Source of the DNA: Prorocentrum cordatum
Lineage: Eukaryota
Length of the DNA stretch: 64,000 nt
Assembly: GCA_963575745.1 (NCBI GenBank)
Contig: CAUYUJ010000314.1
Coordinates: forward strand, 1 to 64,000
Direction: 5' to 3'
The notes beneath the pieces were generated by a model. That model was not told the DNA's origin and did no database searches. It saw only the letters and a program-made list of their open reading frames with translations. This document shows positions 11,947 through 25,339 of the stretch, one piece after another. Position 1 is the first letter of the stretch, and the number at the start of each line of letters is the position of its first letter. The position numbers and the translations under genes were made by a program.

Positions 11947-12525
11947 GCTGCTCCGAGGGGGGCTTCTGAGGAGCAGATTGTGGGCGACGGCACCCAGACC
12001 ATCGTCGCGGCGGCGGAGGTGAGTCCGTACCCGCAGGACCTCGGCTGGTGGTACAGCAAGTCGAATTTTACGGAGACCATGCGGTCGCAGGCGCTTTCGT
12101 CGCTTGGGGTTCCCAGCGACTGGATCACCAAGTACGCCCACTGTGACAACAGCACCGTGAACAGCATGTGTGGGAGCCCGCCGAAGTATCAGTACGCGAG
12201 CTCTGGGTTCCTTATGGGCCCGGCCTTGGATCTTTTCACGATGCTCAGCGGTCTCGAGTCCTATGAGGGCCCGGAGAACCGATTCATCAACGAGTATTTT
12301 CTTGCGAATCCTGCAAAGATGACTCTAGACTACTCGGGATCATTGTCGATGACCTTGCACAACCTTGTCAAGCCGGACGGCAGCATTCCTGTGGAAATCT
12401 CGGGGTCTGGCGACAGCAAGAAGCTCGTGTCCAAGGATACCAACACGACCATATGTTTCGTCCACGGCAACGGCAACTCCTTCGAGGCCCTGAGATTACT
12501 GGCACAGGAGCTGAAGGATGCGTGA
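11947..12525 (+). CDS. 3'-terminal exon of a PLOD/lysyl-hydroxylase N-terminal glycosyltransferase-like protein (5' boundary approximate)
   Basis: IVAAAEVSPYP, YQYASSGFLMG, MTLDYSGSLSMTL and FVHGNG match PLOD-GT family motifs (FSAE, YLNSG.FIG, LD....FQ.L, HGNG). Clean protein-like composition ending in TGA. Confidence 0.7.
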   Translation, partial: AAPRGASEEQIVGDGTQTIVAAAEVSPYPQDLGWWYSKSNFTETMRSQALSSLGVPSDWITKYAHCDNSTVNSMCGSPPKYQYASSGFLMGPALDLFTMLSGLESYEGPENRFINEYFLANPAKMTLDYSGSLSMTLHNLVKPDGSIPVEISGSGDSKKLVSKDTNTTICFVHGNGNSFEALRLLAQELKDA

Positions 12526-14049
12526 GGCACTGCCAGAGGATCGAGTGCCGGGCCTGCGCCAAGAAAGTCCACTTCTGGTCTACTGGTTTGGAGCGCCCGC
12601 CGCCCAGGCAGTTCGCTCGGCTGGCCTGCTCTTCCTCTCCTTTATCCAGCCTCTCGTCTTCTCCCTCCATCCTGCACGTCATCGGACTCCCGGACGGCGC
12701 GTCTCTGGATTCTACACGCTGCGCGTTTCCCCACCAGTTTTCCCGACCGCGACCGCCCGCCGCCAGCGCTTCCGCCTGCGGCTGTAAAAAAATAAAAATA
12801 AAAAACAAGTTTCCCCACCAGTTTTCGGCGAATTGTCCTGCAAATTAGCCCCGTACCGTGACCCGGACGCCGCTTCCGCTCCCTGTCCGTTGCTTCGGAG
12901 CCGCTGACCCAAAAAAAGTTTCCCCACCAGCTCGCGTAGCGCACACTCCAGAAACGATGCACGGGCCAGCTGTCATCTGGAAGGAAGCGGATTTTTCTTA
13001 TTTCAACGAGGAGGGGTATAGCAGCCAGAAACAGCGGGAATCATTTCAAGCTGGCCGTCGAGATAGTATTGCCACGTTTTTTTTGATGGAGGTCGAGGCT
13101 GAGGAGGAGGATTATCGTTTCGCGCAGCGAAGCGTTGCGTTGATTATCTCGCACTCGCTTAGCCGTGCTTCTTCTCACTTTGAATCAGCTCATCCTTCCT
13201 TCTAATCTTACTGGTGTCCCCCTTTTTGATTTGACCGCTGGCCTCTTCTGTTTTGACAGCGCCCCTTTTCACTAATTTTGAGTGGGACACCCGTCAAACC
13301 GACAGTCCAGGATGCCTCCAGGGAGGAGGGAGGAGGGAAGGTGAAGGCGGTATGGAACCACCCTCTCCCAATAGGGTAGACGCCCGTTGGGGGAGGGTGA
13401 AGAGAATGAGAGGAGGAGGAGAGGAGGAGGATGAGGAGGAGAAGGAGCAGGAGGAAGAGGGTGAGAAGGAAGAGGAGAAGGAACACAAGGATCAGTGGGA
13501 GTAGGAGGAGAAGAACTCCGAGGACCGCATCCCTCTGGCCACGCCGCAGGAGCAGGAGGAGCAGAAGCTGGAGCAGGAGGAAGACCATGATAGCAGCGTT
13601 CCTCATCACCGAGTCGGCCGGGTCAAGCGACTCGGCGGGCGCTGCCCTATCTCTCACGCCCGCCCTCCCACGACGAACGTCAACGGTGGCCCCACTTCGT
13701 GCGGGGCCGGAGCGCCTCCCCGCCCCAATGAGCGGAGGGCGCTCGCCCGCGGCCTGGCTCCCCGCGAGCTGGCGAGGGGGGTGAGCGTGGGCCGCGGGCG
13801 ACGGGGAGGATCGGGCGGAGGAGGAGGTTGAGGAGGAGGAGGAGGAGGGAGCAGCGCTCGGGGATCGGCAGCGGTCCTCCCTCTGGAAGTCTTGAGGCCA
13901 GCGTAGCCGAGGATCTGATCCTACTGTCAGTTTCAGCCGTGGCCTGGACCGTCTTGGACCGGCGTGGCGTAGGGTTGGGTATCGTTGCAGTCTTTGTTTA
14001 TCATCGTGTTGCTCGTTGCTGTCGAACCGAGAGAAATGGGATGTGCGTG

Positions 14050-14850
14050 GTGCGTCTTGGGTGCCTCTAAGAGCCCTCCTGGGGGTCTCCTGGGGTCCTT
14101 CAGGGCGCTCTTGCGCCCAGACCATGGGCACTTCAAAAGAAGGGGTCCTGAATTACCCTCGCCGCTTTGGAATCTGCTTCGTGGCCAATTTGATTCCTCC
14201 CGGCCCTATTGGCAGCCTTTCAGGGTTGGCCAGCTGGGCGTTCTTGGCCCGTCTGACGCCGTCGGATTCCGTATTGCGGGCCTCTCTGGTCCGAATTGGG
14301 GCTCCCTTGGAGCGCTGAAGGGCCGTCTTGGAGACCATCTTGGGCGTGTTGGAGGTCTCTCTGGCCGTCTTAAGGCCCTCTTGGAGCCGTCTTGGGGCCT
14401 CCTCGGCCGTCAGGGGGTCATTTCGAAGGCCTCTTGGGTGCTCTTGGGGCCATCTTGATGGCCTCTGGGGCCTTCTTGGAGGCCTCTTTGGCCGTCTTAG
14501 GCGTTCTTGAGGCCATCTTGGGCCATCTTGGGGGCATCTCGGCCCGTCTTGGAAACATCTGGGGGCCGTCTTGGGCCCCCTTGGGGCCATGGTAGCCGTC
14601 TTGGGGACCACCTTGGCCGTATTGGAGGCCATCTTGGTGCCGTCTGGAGCGGAAATACCGACGACCTGGGAAGTTTATGGGTTCGCACGGGGCGGACAGC
14701 CGAGAGGATGAACATTTTACACGCCCTTTCGGGTGGCCAGTGCGTTAGGCCGAAGTCACCGGGGATTTGCAAAAGATACAGGCAAACCTAACAGTGGCAT
14801 GCTGTGAACTCCTGTGGCAAGCCACAGGGGGCGGTGGATCGAGGACGCTT
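14050..14850. repeat. Dispersed 'CTTGG/GGCC-rich' repeat family copy
   Basis: Recurrent GGCC(A/G)TCTTGG motifs. The block at 14620-14845 is homologous to 19960-20200. Related copies at ~16385-16740, 19415-20350, 26460-27060, 27420-28260, 34120-35000 and 37370-37660. Confidence 0.7.
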
Positions 14851-15030
14851 ACGGCGAATCAGCGTCGCTCCCTGCCTTGTGGAAGCGGCAGTGTGGCCGA
14901 ACGTTGCGGTCAGAGCTTGGCCAAGCTATCGGGCTATGTGTTCCCCCAGCTGCTGTGGAAACCCTTGGAGGAACACATGGGGAAGAAAGAAGAGGAGGAG
15001 AGGGATGAGAGGGAGGAGGAGGATGAGGAG

Positions 15031-17099
15031 GAGGACCACTCTAAACTCAAGACGCATCAACGATGTTGCAATAACCCTCACGAAGTTCCTTCTTCATATG
15101 ACCCTACAAAGAACTGGTATTCATTGCACGAAATGGGGAAGGCCCCATTGGAAGACAAGCGTTCGAGAAGCCTCAATCTTGCCAGAACACCATTGCTGGG
15201 ACGTCAGCGTTGCGGATCAGCGCGATTTTAACGTCCTGGCATTCCTAAATCGTGCCAGAACATCGTTCCTGGGACTTCAACACCGCGAATCGACGTGATT
15301 GCTGCGTCCTGACATGGCCAAACCGTGCCAGAGCATTGTTCATGGGACTTCAACAGTGAACTAACGTGATTGTTGCGTTCTGACAGTCCAGAATTTAATC
15401 AGAACCGAGCTTCTGGGATTTCGACAATGCAAGTCCTTGACATGCTACACACTTTCGGAACGAATGTACGTGGTGCTAAGGCGCGAACCACGTTTTGAAA
15501 CAGAACTGGTCCTCATTTGTGAAACTGTTCAAACTTTTGAAACGAATGTGCGCGTTGTTACGGCAAAAGTCACCCATTTTGCAAGCCACCCGCCTTCCAC
15601 CCGTGAAACTATTGCAAACTTTAAAGACGAATGCGCGCGGCGCTGCGGCGAGAGTCAAAGCAACCCGCCCTCAGTCCGTGGAGCTGCTGCATTGAATGAA
15701 TCTGGCGCGACCCCCATTCGAGGAAAGCCTATTGCATGGGCGCATCGCTGGGCGCAATGCTTGGCATTACTTGGCATTGCTTGGAATTGCCTGGCATGGG
15801 TTGGCATTGTTTTTCATTGCTTGGCATTGCTTCGCGTGGGATGGCGTTGCTTGGCATTGCTTGGCATGTATTGATATGTATTGGCATTACTTGGCATTGT
15901 TTGGGAACCCTGGGAACCCGAGGAACCTCCGAGGAACGGGCAACGGAGCAGTATGAGGCACCCGGTGCGGGGAACCTGAGGAATCCGGGGAACCCGAGGA
16001 ACCTCTGGGAAACGGGCAACGAATCAATAGGAGGAGGCACCAGGGGCGGGGAACCCGAGGAACCTTGGAGCAATGGGCAAAATAACATTAGCAGGCACCA
16101 ACCTCTAACCAAGTAAGAACTCCTTGGCCAAGCCAAATTTGAGAAAACGGAAGCAAATATTTGCGGCGCTTTGACGCGAGCCACAGTTTCAAAATCCATC
16201 CGCCCTCCATCCGTGAAACTGTCGCACATTCTGAGCTTCAGGGTCATACGTGGTGAGCAAATCTCATACGAAACGCACAGCCCGCCCTGCCGACACGACT
16301 GGGGGTGCGACGGGGAGGTGTTATTGATAAGAGAACGGGATGGAGGAGGATGAGGAGAAGGAGGAGGAGGAGGAGGAGGAGGCGTCTTGGGCTCTTGGGC
16401 CTCTTGGGAGCCTCTTGAGGCACTCTTGGGGCCTCCATCTTGGGGGCTTCCTTGGGCTCCTCGGGAGGCTTTTTGGCCGTTAGAGGGGTTTCTTGGTCCC
16501 TCTAGCACCGTCGGACGCCGTCTTAGGGGCCTCTCTGGGCCGACTTGGGGCACTCGTGGGGTGCTTCAGTGTCGTCATGGAGGCCACATTGGGCATTTTG
16601 GAGGTCTCTTGGGCCGTCTTGAAGCCATCTTGGGGCCGTCTTCGGGGCCTGGGCCGTCAGGGGACCGTCTCGGAGGCCTCTTGGTCTTGGGCTCCCAGAG
16701 GCGCTCTTGGAGCCGTCTTGGGCCACCTTGGACGCTCCAACCCCTCGCGGACCGCGGACCCCCTCCCCGAAGGGGAATAAGGGGGTTGGAAGAGGAGCCT
16801 CCCTAGACCGCCTGCGCCCTGAGGGCTGGTCGGACTGATGCCTACCAGTCTCTTTATGCCCATGGCTTCCGTGTGGTTGTAGTAGCACATGCGCATGTTG
16901 TCTCGCTATCGCTGCGTCGGTCCTGTGGCCATGGTCGGTCCCCTGGTCCCCTACCCCTGGAGCCTGAGGTGCTGTGTGCAAAATCGTTGGTGCACAGTTG
17001 TGCGTGAGGTACGGCCAGTCCGCAGATTTAAACCTCAAACAGCGAGTAGCATGATGATGATGCTGCTGCTGCTGATGATGATGATGCTGATGTTGCTGC

Positions 17100-17141
<42 letters not shown>

Positions 17142-19275
17142 GGACCAGTATAATCCCACGACTCATCAACGATGTTGGGATAAACCCTCCATCCAAGTTC
17201 CCTCTTCATGGGCTCCTACACGAATTCGTTTGCACTGCGAGGAAACGCCCCGTTGGAAGACAGCCGTTTGAAAGTCCTGAATTGTGCCAGAGGCCCATTC
17301 CCGAGACTTCACTTGACGACCCCGACTCGTGCCAGAGCACCGTTGATGGGACTCCAACGCCGCGAATCACTGTAATTGTTGCGCCAATGCGCAATTTCTG
17401 GGACGCTTATCGTGGGAGCCCGTGGAACCCATGCAAATGCTTAAGAGGAGTGTGTGGCGCGCTCAGGTGAGAGCCACATTTTGAAAAGGAGCCGCCTTTA
17501 ATCACTGAAGCTCTTGCACATTTGGAAGACGAGCGTGCGCGACGCTAAGGCCAGAGCCACATGTTGAAAACGACCCGCCTTCAGTCCGTGAAGCTTTTGC
17601 AATATTTGCAAGGAATATGCGCGGCGCCAAGGCGAGAGCCACATTTTGAAAGCCACCCGCCCTCAAGCCTGACATTTCTTGCAGATTTTCACAACGAATG
17701 TGCGCAGCGCGGGGGCGAGCGCCACATTTTGAAAACGACCCGACCTCAGTCTTCGAAACTCTTGCACATGTTTTAAGCGACTGTGGGAGGCGCTATGGCG
17801 AGAGCCACATTTTGAAGACCACCCGCCCTCAAGCCGTGAATTTGTTGCACATAATAAACGAATGTGCGCAGCGGGGAGGCGAAAACCACATTTGAAAAGG
17901 CCCCGACCTCAGCGTTCGAAACTCTTGCAAATGCTTTGAACGAATGTGCGCGGCGTTGAGGCGAGAGCCACATTTTGAAAACCGCCCGCCCTCAAGCCGT
18001 GAATCTCTTGCAGATTTTCAAAGCGAATGTGCACAGCGCGGAGGCGAGTTCCACATTTTGAAAACGACACGACCTCAGTCTTCGAGAAACTCTTGACCTG
18101 TTTTTATGCGAATGTGGGAGGCGCTAAGGCGAGAGCCACATTTTGAAGACCACCCGCCGTCACGCCGTGAATCTCTGGCTAATTTGAAAACGAATGTACT
18201 CAGTGTGCAGGTGAGAGCCACATTTTGAAAACAACCCGCCCTCAAGCCGTGAAATCCTTGCAGATTTTTGCACCGAATGTGCGCGGCGCCAAGGCCCGAG
18301 CCACATTTTGCAAACGACCCGCCCTCCTTCATCGAAATTCCTGCAAAAGTTCAGAACGAGTGTGAAAGGTGCTAAGGCGAGAACCGCATTTCGAAAACCA
18401 CCCCCCGTCCATCTGCAAAGCTGTTGCCAATACCCAAGCCTCAGGGTCGCAAATGGTGGGGAAGTTCAAGGCGAAACGCCCAGCCCGCCCTGGGACCCGC
18501 CTCGGGGTGCGACAGGGAGGATGTGTTGATATGGAGAAGGAGTGGAGGAGGAGGAGGAGGATGACGGAGGAAGAGGACCAGCGTAAACCCAAGACGCATC
18601 AACGATGTTGGAATGAACCCTCCCCCCAAGCTCTCTCTTCGTAGGCCCGGACAAGCGTTCATCTCCACTGAAGGAAGCTCCCCGTCTGACGACAACCGTT
18701 TGGATATCCTGAGGCGTGATAAAGCAGCATTCTTGGAACTGCAACGCCGGCAATGCACCTGTCTTTTGCGTCTTGACGATCTTGAATCGTGCCAGAACAC
18801 CGTTCCTGGGACTTCAAGACCGCGAATCGGCGTAGCTGTTGCGCCCTGGCAATCCTGAGTCCTTCCAGAACAGAAGTTTTGGTACGCTGATCATGGGAAC
18901 CCGTGGAACTCGTGCAAATGCTTAAGACGAGTGTGGCGCGCTCAGGTGAGAGCCACATTTTGAAAAGGAACTGCCTTCAATCAATGAAGCTCTTGCGTAT
19001 TCTTGCAACGAGTATGGGCGGGGCTGAGGCCAGAGCCACATGTTGAAAACGACCCGCCTTCAATCCGTGAAGCTTTTGCAATTTTGTAAGACGAATGTGC
19101 GCGGCGCTGAGGCGAGAGCCACACTTTGAAAACAACCCGCCTGTAGTGCTTGAAGCTGTTGCCAATGTTTAAGCTTCATGGCCGCAAGTGGTAAGGAAGT
19201 CTCAGGTGAAACGCCCGGCCCGCCCTTTCGACCTGCCTCGGGGTGCGACAGGGAGGAGTTGTTTATAAGGAGAAG
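15031..19275 (+). repeat. Three copies of a composite non-coding element containing ~82-bp satellite units
   Basis: Shared head AGGACCA...(A)CGCATCAACGATGTTG at ~15031, 17141 and 18573. Internal GAGAGCCACATTTTGAAAA units with period 82-83 (e.g. 17471, 17554, 17636). Shared tail GAAACGC..CCCGCCC...GGGGTGCGAC.GGGAGG at ~16270, 18473 and 19208. Confidence 0.75.
15748..15900. repeat. Pentamer-based microsatellite (TTGGC/ATTGC)
   Basis: Degenerate TTGGCATTGC tandem array. Confidence 0.8.
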
Positions 19276-22200
19276 GAATGAAGGAGGAGGAGGAGGAGGA
19301 GGAGGAGGAGGAGGAGGAGGAGGAGGAGGAGGAGGAGGAGGAGGAGGAGGAGGAGGAGGAGGAGGAGGAGTTGATGGAGGAGGAGGAGGAGAAGGAGGAG
19401 GAGGAGGAGGAGGAGGCCTCTTAGGAGCCTCTTGGGGCACTCTTGGGGCCTCCTGGGAGCTTCCTGGGGGCTTCTTGGAGGCATCCTTTCTTTGGAGGCT
19501 CCTTTGGATGCTCTTTGGCCGTCTGAGTGCATTCTTGGCCAGTCTGACGCCGTGGAACGCCGTCTTGGGGGCCTCTCTGGGCCGATTTGGGGCCCTCGTG
19601 GGGCGCTGCAAGGCAGTTTTGGAGGCCACCTTGGGCATCTTGGGGGTCTCTTGGGCGCTCTTGGGACCAGCTTGGTGGCCTCTGGGGCCGTCTTGGGCCG
19701 TCGGAGAGCCGGAAACCCGAACATGAGCAAATGCCCGAGTCCATCTAACACCTAAAGGAAAACACAACATCTTGGCCTCTTCGGCCTTGCTGAAGGTCCT
19801 CCTTGGTGCCTCCTGGGCCGTCTTGGAGGGCTCTTGGGGGATCTTGATGTCAACTTGGGCCATCTTGGGGGAATCTCCGCCCGTCTTAGAGACATCCTGG
19901 GGCCATCTTGGGCTCTCTTGGGGCCGTCGTAGCGGTCTTGGAGACCATCTTGGCTGTCTTGGAGGCCATCTTGGGGCCGTCTGGAGCGGGAAGACCGATG
20001 ACCTCGGAAGTTCACGGGTCCTTGTGGAGGTGTCTTTTCTGTGAGACATTGATGTCTTTCCGCGCCTTTCCGCGTCCTTCCGTGTGGCGGGCGGATTGGG
20101 CCGAAGGCCCCTGGAATCTTTGAAAACGAACCCAGAAGTACCTGACGTCTGGCACGCCATGCACCCCTGTGGCAAGCCAACGTGGGGCGGCGGATCTAGT
20201 GGCCTTGGGCCCATCCCGCCACTGTGTCTGGGTTGTCGGGGCCTCCCTCGGGGGGGATCTTGGGGCGGTCTTGGGGCGGAGGGCTCAACATGACAGTTCG
20301 TGCTCCCCCTCTTGGGCCACTCTTGGGGCTGTCTTGGGGGCTTGTTGGGCTCCCTACATCCCCAGGGCGAAAGTTTTTTCTTTTGGGCCCGGAACGACGG
20401 CTTCAAATCTTGAACAAACGCGTAGGAGATCACCACCGTCGGATCCTATGAAGCTCGTGCGGACCCACTTGTGGCACGCGGGTGTTCGTGTCGATGGATC
20501 CGATATCCGTTCGCGCGGATCCGATTTCGGATTTTTGTGGATCCGTGTTCGTTTTTTTGTTACGGCGGATCCGATTTTTTCCCCATCTTCGATTTCATAG
20601 TATTACGATTACAACGGGAAGCTGGACGAAATCGGATCCGAGGACCCCAGAACCCACCCGTGTTGAGATTCTACGGGGGACGGGGGTTCGGTTATTATCA
20701 GGAGGAGAAAAAAACATACAGACACAATTATTCGTCGAATCCCAGAAAATATGCGAAAATATGGGAAGTGGGGGGGAAGACAGAAACCCAGAAAATATGG
20801 GAAAATATGGGGAATCTTTTTATTTGTGTGTATTTATTTGTGTGTCCCAGGGCCCCTTCATATTAATTTTCCAAGATGGATCCTCAACTCCACTGTCTCG
20901 CGCGCTCCCTTTACCTTTCCGCGCGCTCGGGTCCCACTCGACGTGAATGCATATCTCTCCCTGTGGATGCTGCACGCAGCTCGTCCAGACGCCGTTCGTT
21001 CGGCGGCGCCGACGTTAGCTGTCTTACTCATCATCGCCAGTCGCACCTCGAGAGGAAGACCTTTCGTCCCGCGTGAGCATTGGGAGCTCTTGGGCCGTTT
21101 TTTGGGCGACCTTGGGCGCCTCCTTGGGCCGTCTGGGACGCTCCGAACCTGAAGACTAAAGACGGTAAGGCTAAAACCACACCACAGCCAATTTGCTTTG
21201 ACGACTTCGGCCTTCCTGGGCCGCCCCTCCGGGGCCTCCAGGACGGCCCAGGGGTTCGCCCAAGAGGGCTCCAGCACAGTCCCCGGGGTCATCAAGGAAG
21301 ACCCACGAGTTGCAAAGCAGAAAATCTAAAGAGGCCTAAGCACCCATCGTCAAGGCCAGAAGCGCGACGACACGCAGCGAAAAAGTCACGAAAAAGTCAC
21401 GCAGTACTGCATCAGAGCTGTGGAAGATGTTGGGCGTTTGCGGTCTGCTATGAAAAAAAGGAGAAAATCTGAAGAGGGGAGAAGAAGGAGGGGGAGGAGG
21501 AGGAGGAGGAGGAGGAGGAGGAGAGGAGGAGGAGGAGGAGGAGGAGGAGGAGGAGAGGAGGGGGAGGAGGAGGAGGAGGAGGGGAGGGGAGGGGGAGGAG
21601 GAGGGGGGAGGAGGAGGGGAGGAGGAGGAGGAGGAGGGGGAGGAGGATCCAACTCGTGCCCCAGGGCACGGTGGCAGAGATCTTGGGGCCTGCAGGGCTG
21701 ATCGGCAGGCGACGGAGCGAGGGGCCGACAGCCATCGAGCAATCTTTTGTTTTCGGTGCAACGGAGGAGGAGGACGAGGAGGAGGAGGACGAGGAGGAGG
21801 AGGAGGAGGCGGATGAGGAGGAGGAGGGGGAATAACAAAAATAACCATACTAATATCAATAATACGAATAATAATAGGAACAAGCAGACTAATTAGGATA
21901 CTATGAATAAGTATACTAATGCGAAGAAGAGAAAGGGATACTATCGGTTTGCTGAGCGGGAGGCTCCGTTGCCATCTGGAGCCGTCCTGGGGTCTCCTCG
22001 GGACCTTGGCGGTCATGCTGGAGGCAATCTTTGCCCCAAAACAGGCGGTATCCTGCCATCTTGGAGGGCATCTTGGCCAACTTGGATGCAATTATGACAG
22101 TGTTTCGCCATCTTCGAGGCCATCTGGAATTCTGTTGAGCTGCTTTTGGAGCCATCTTGAGCCATGTCGGACGCTCCAGCGCCTCGGAAAACTCCAACTC

Positions 22201-25200
22201 AGACCCCAAGTGGCGTACCACCACACCTACGCCCAGAGAGCTTGTGGGATTTATGATCTGCCGCTTAGATTTGCCTGGAGCGTCGATCCGATGCCCACAT
22301 TCCGACGGTTGTCTTGAACTGTCGGATGACTGTTGTAATACCGAGCGCCTACTTGGAAAACGTCTTCGTCCTGATCCTCGTCCACCCTCTCATCCGCTCG
22401 TCCTCCTTTCCAGCCTCTTGCAGTCATCTTACTTGTTTAGCGTGCTGTGCTTCAGTTGAGCTGTTCAACCCCTCGCTCCCCTCGCTCTTCTTCTCGCCTC
22501 CTTCTTCCCTTCTCTTGTGGCCTTCGCCCCCTGCGCGAGACGCCGAGACCTTCTTCTCATCATTCACAGCCGCGCCGGTTTTGACCGGCCATGCCCTGTG
22601 CTCTTTTACGCTCCTTGTTCGGAGGTCGATAGACCTCCTGCCCTGACGCGTCGATCAGCGAGTTGGCCGTTTTCGGTTCGCGAGCCGGCGTCGCGGCCGT
22701 CACTTTTGCGGGTCCAGGTCCGTCGGTTTCGGTCCCAGGCCGTTGTCACTAATGGGTGGTTTACTACAGGGAGGTTTATCCACCGCCGGCTGATCTCCAC
22801 CGCTGCGCGCTCTCTCTTCGCTCCCTCTTTGTCGCCCGGCCGCTCTGCAGATCTCCTCCGTGGCTGCGCGCCCGCGGCTTGCGCGCGGGCCGGCCCGTGT
22901 GCCTCCGAGAAGAAGGCTGCTGGTTTGATCGTGTGATATCCCAGGAGATTTGGTGGTCTGCCAGAGGTCCCCACCGCCTCCCTCGGGCCAGTTCGTTGTC
23001 TGGATCCGTTTTTGATGGCTCCCCCCGACCTCGGATCCGCCGCATTTTGGGCGATCGTCAAGCAAGGCGGAAATTTCCGCCCCACTTGTCGAGTTCGTTG
23101 GATGTAGATTTCCGCTCCACTTTGCCGTCGCTGTTTCCGCCATTTTGTCGTGGAATTTTCCGCCCTATTTTCCTGCGGCGCGAGTTTCTGCCTATGGATT
23201 GGCTTGCGCCGCACCGCTGGCCCCTCGGGAGCCTGGGATGTCTCGCTGGCTGGTCCAAGATGTCACGTGCCACACTCCAAGTCGTCTGGTGTCGCAGAAA
23301 GTGTGTTTGCTGAGAACACCAATCCTGGGAAAACTTGCTCGTCTCTCGCCGAAAGGGGCCCGAGTTCCCAAGAACGATTCAGAACCTCGGGCCCCCGGCT
23401 GGATCCCCTTTGAACTCTCTTCCAGTCCAGAGCTGCCTGTCCAGTACTCGCCGCCCTTGTGGAAACGACTGGTCCCACCCCATCCAGCCGCCAGTTTTGA
23501 ACGACTTTCGTGCGCTGGCGTCGAGCCCCTTTCGCACACTCGGAGCGCACCGGGGGCGGCGCCAACGGGGCCGCCAGTGGTGTGGGGAGGGGGCCCAGCG
23601 CCAGCGCACCAAAGTCGTTTCAAACTTTCTGGGGATCCGGGTGGGCTCTCCCAGTCGGTGGGTTATTTGGTCGGGCCTCTTCGTAGGAAATATCGAAAAA
23701 CAGAAAAAGACGCGGGCTTTCTCGAAATATCCTTCCTTTCAAGCCAGCCATTCTAATTCCCATGTGCCCCCTGAACTGTCGGTCGCTCGCCTGCCCTTGG
23801 TTCGGCGGCGAAATCCGAGACCTACCCTCACCGATCAACGATTCAAGCAACTCGATGGGCGGCGGGGTTAAGGTTCGGAGTTCGTCGAGCACGTGACGAA
23901 ACCTGAACCCAGGCTCTACCCGCGCCTCCCATCGATTCAGGAGAATCGATGGTTGGTGGGGGTAGGTTCGGATGTCGCCCCCTGTTGGTCGGGCCAGGAC
24001 GCGATGGTCGCTGCTTCAGTCGACGCTGCTCTGGTAATAGGGCCCCGCACCCCCCAAACGCCCTGAGCTTCTGCGGGGGCCGCAAGGACGCGGGCTCTTC
24101 TTGTTCAGTGCAGCAGTGTCGATTGGAGCAACGTCCATCTGAGGCGTTCCAGAAAGGGCCCCGCTTTCGAGGATCGAAGGAGTTGTTATCTCTTCCTCGG
24201 GGGAAGGCAGCGGAAGGGCGGCGGAGCCCGCGGAAGTAAAGCGAGGCCGCCTCCGCCAGCGAAAGGCTGGCGGAAGCCGGCGGAAGTAAAACATGCGTCC
24301 CCAGCACACACACATACATATATATATATATACAAGACTGCATTGGCGCTTCGCGCCATGCACCTTGTTCCTTGAAGCTCTGGATCAGCTGGCATTCGTG
24401 CTATCCTGGGAGTCCTTTGAGGGGCCCTCGCGGTTATGCATCACGAAGTTGGGCAGGTTGCGGATGGAGGGGGTTGTTACACTGAGACGGCAGAGTGAGA
24501 TGGTTTTGTCTTCATGCGCGGTTGTCTCTGAGGCTTGGCAAGCGGTTCTTGGGGACTGTCTTGGGCATCTCTTGGGCCTGGGTGGTGCTGTCTTCAGGAT
24601 TATGGGAGTTCGCTTTCAAGCCTCTGGGGTCGTTTTGGAAGGGGTTGGCGGGCTTCAACGGCCGCTTGCAACGTCGGACGGTCGAGCAAGAGAGAAAAAA
24701 CAAATCCTTCAAACGCTATGGGGAAATCGATCAATTGTGACTTTCAGTGCTTTCTTCGGAGGATTCCTGAGGTTTTTTGGAGGCCTTTCGGCGCTTGTTG
24801 GAAGTCGTCGATGCTTTTGGGCGCTCTTCTTCGGGCCGCGTGATTTGTGAATAGCCTGTTGGAGCGGAGAGCTCTTACTTTCGCGCCTGGATGCCACGAT
24901 TCTTGTGAGGGGAGCGGTTCCCAAAGGAAAACCTTTCGAATCCCGGCTTCGCAACCAAATTTGTGTTCAAACGGTTGCGAACCCAGGATTCTGGCCAGAA
25001 TGTGGCGCGTCAGACGGGGGGTGTGCCAGGCGGCGTGCTGATGCGACTTCGGGGAAAGCGGCCTTGCAGAACGTCGGCGTGGGCTTTGCGCGGGGGGCTC
25101 GTCGAGACGTTCGCTCTTGGACGTCGTTGGGCTTTCCGAGCCGTAGCACTCCTACAGGGATCTGGGACGTCTCTTGGATCCCCGATGGGAGGAAGCAGGA

Positions 25201-25339
25201 AGAGGAGGAGCAGGGTTAGGGAGGCAGGGGCACTTGGGGGAGGGAGGAAGGGCCACTCGGGGGAGCCCGCCGGCTGTCCTCCCAAGGGCCCAGTTGCCTT
25301 CGGCGTGGTTCGGACCTCGCTTCTACTTCTTCTTCTAGG

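Noticed and set aside
17465..18420. 82-bp periodic repeats as CRISPR
   Set aside because: The inter-motif segments are homologous to each other (diverged satellite), not unique spacers.
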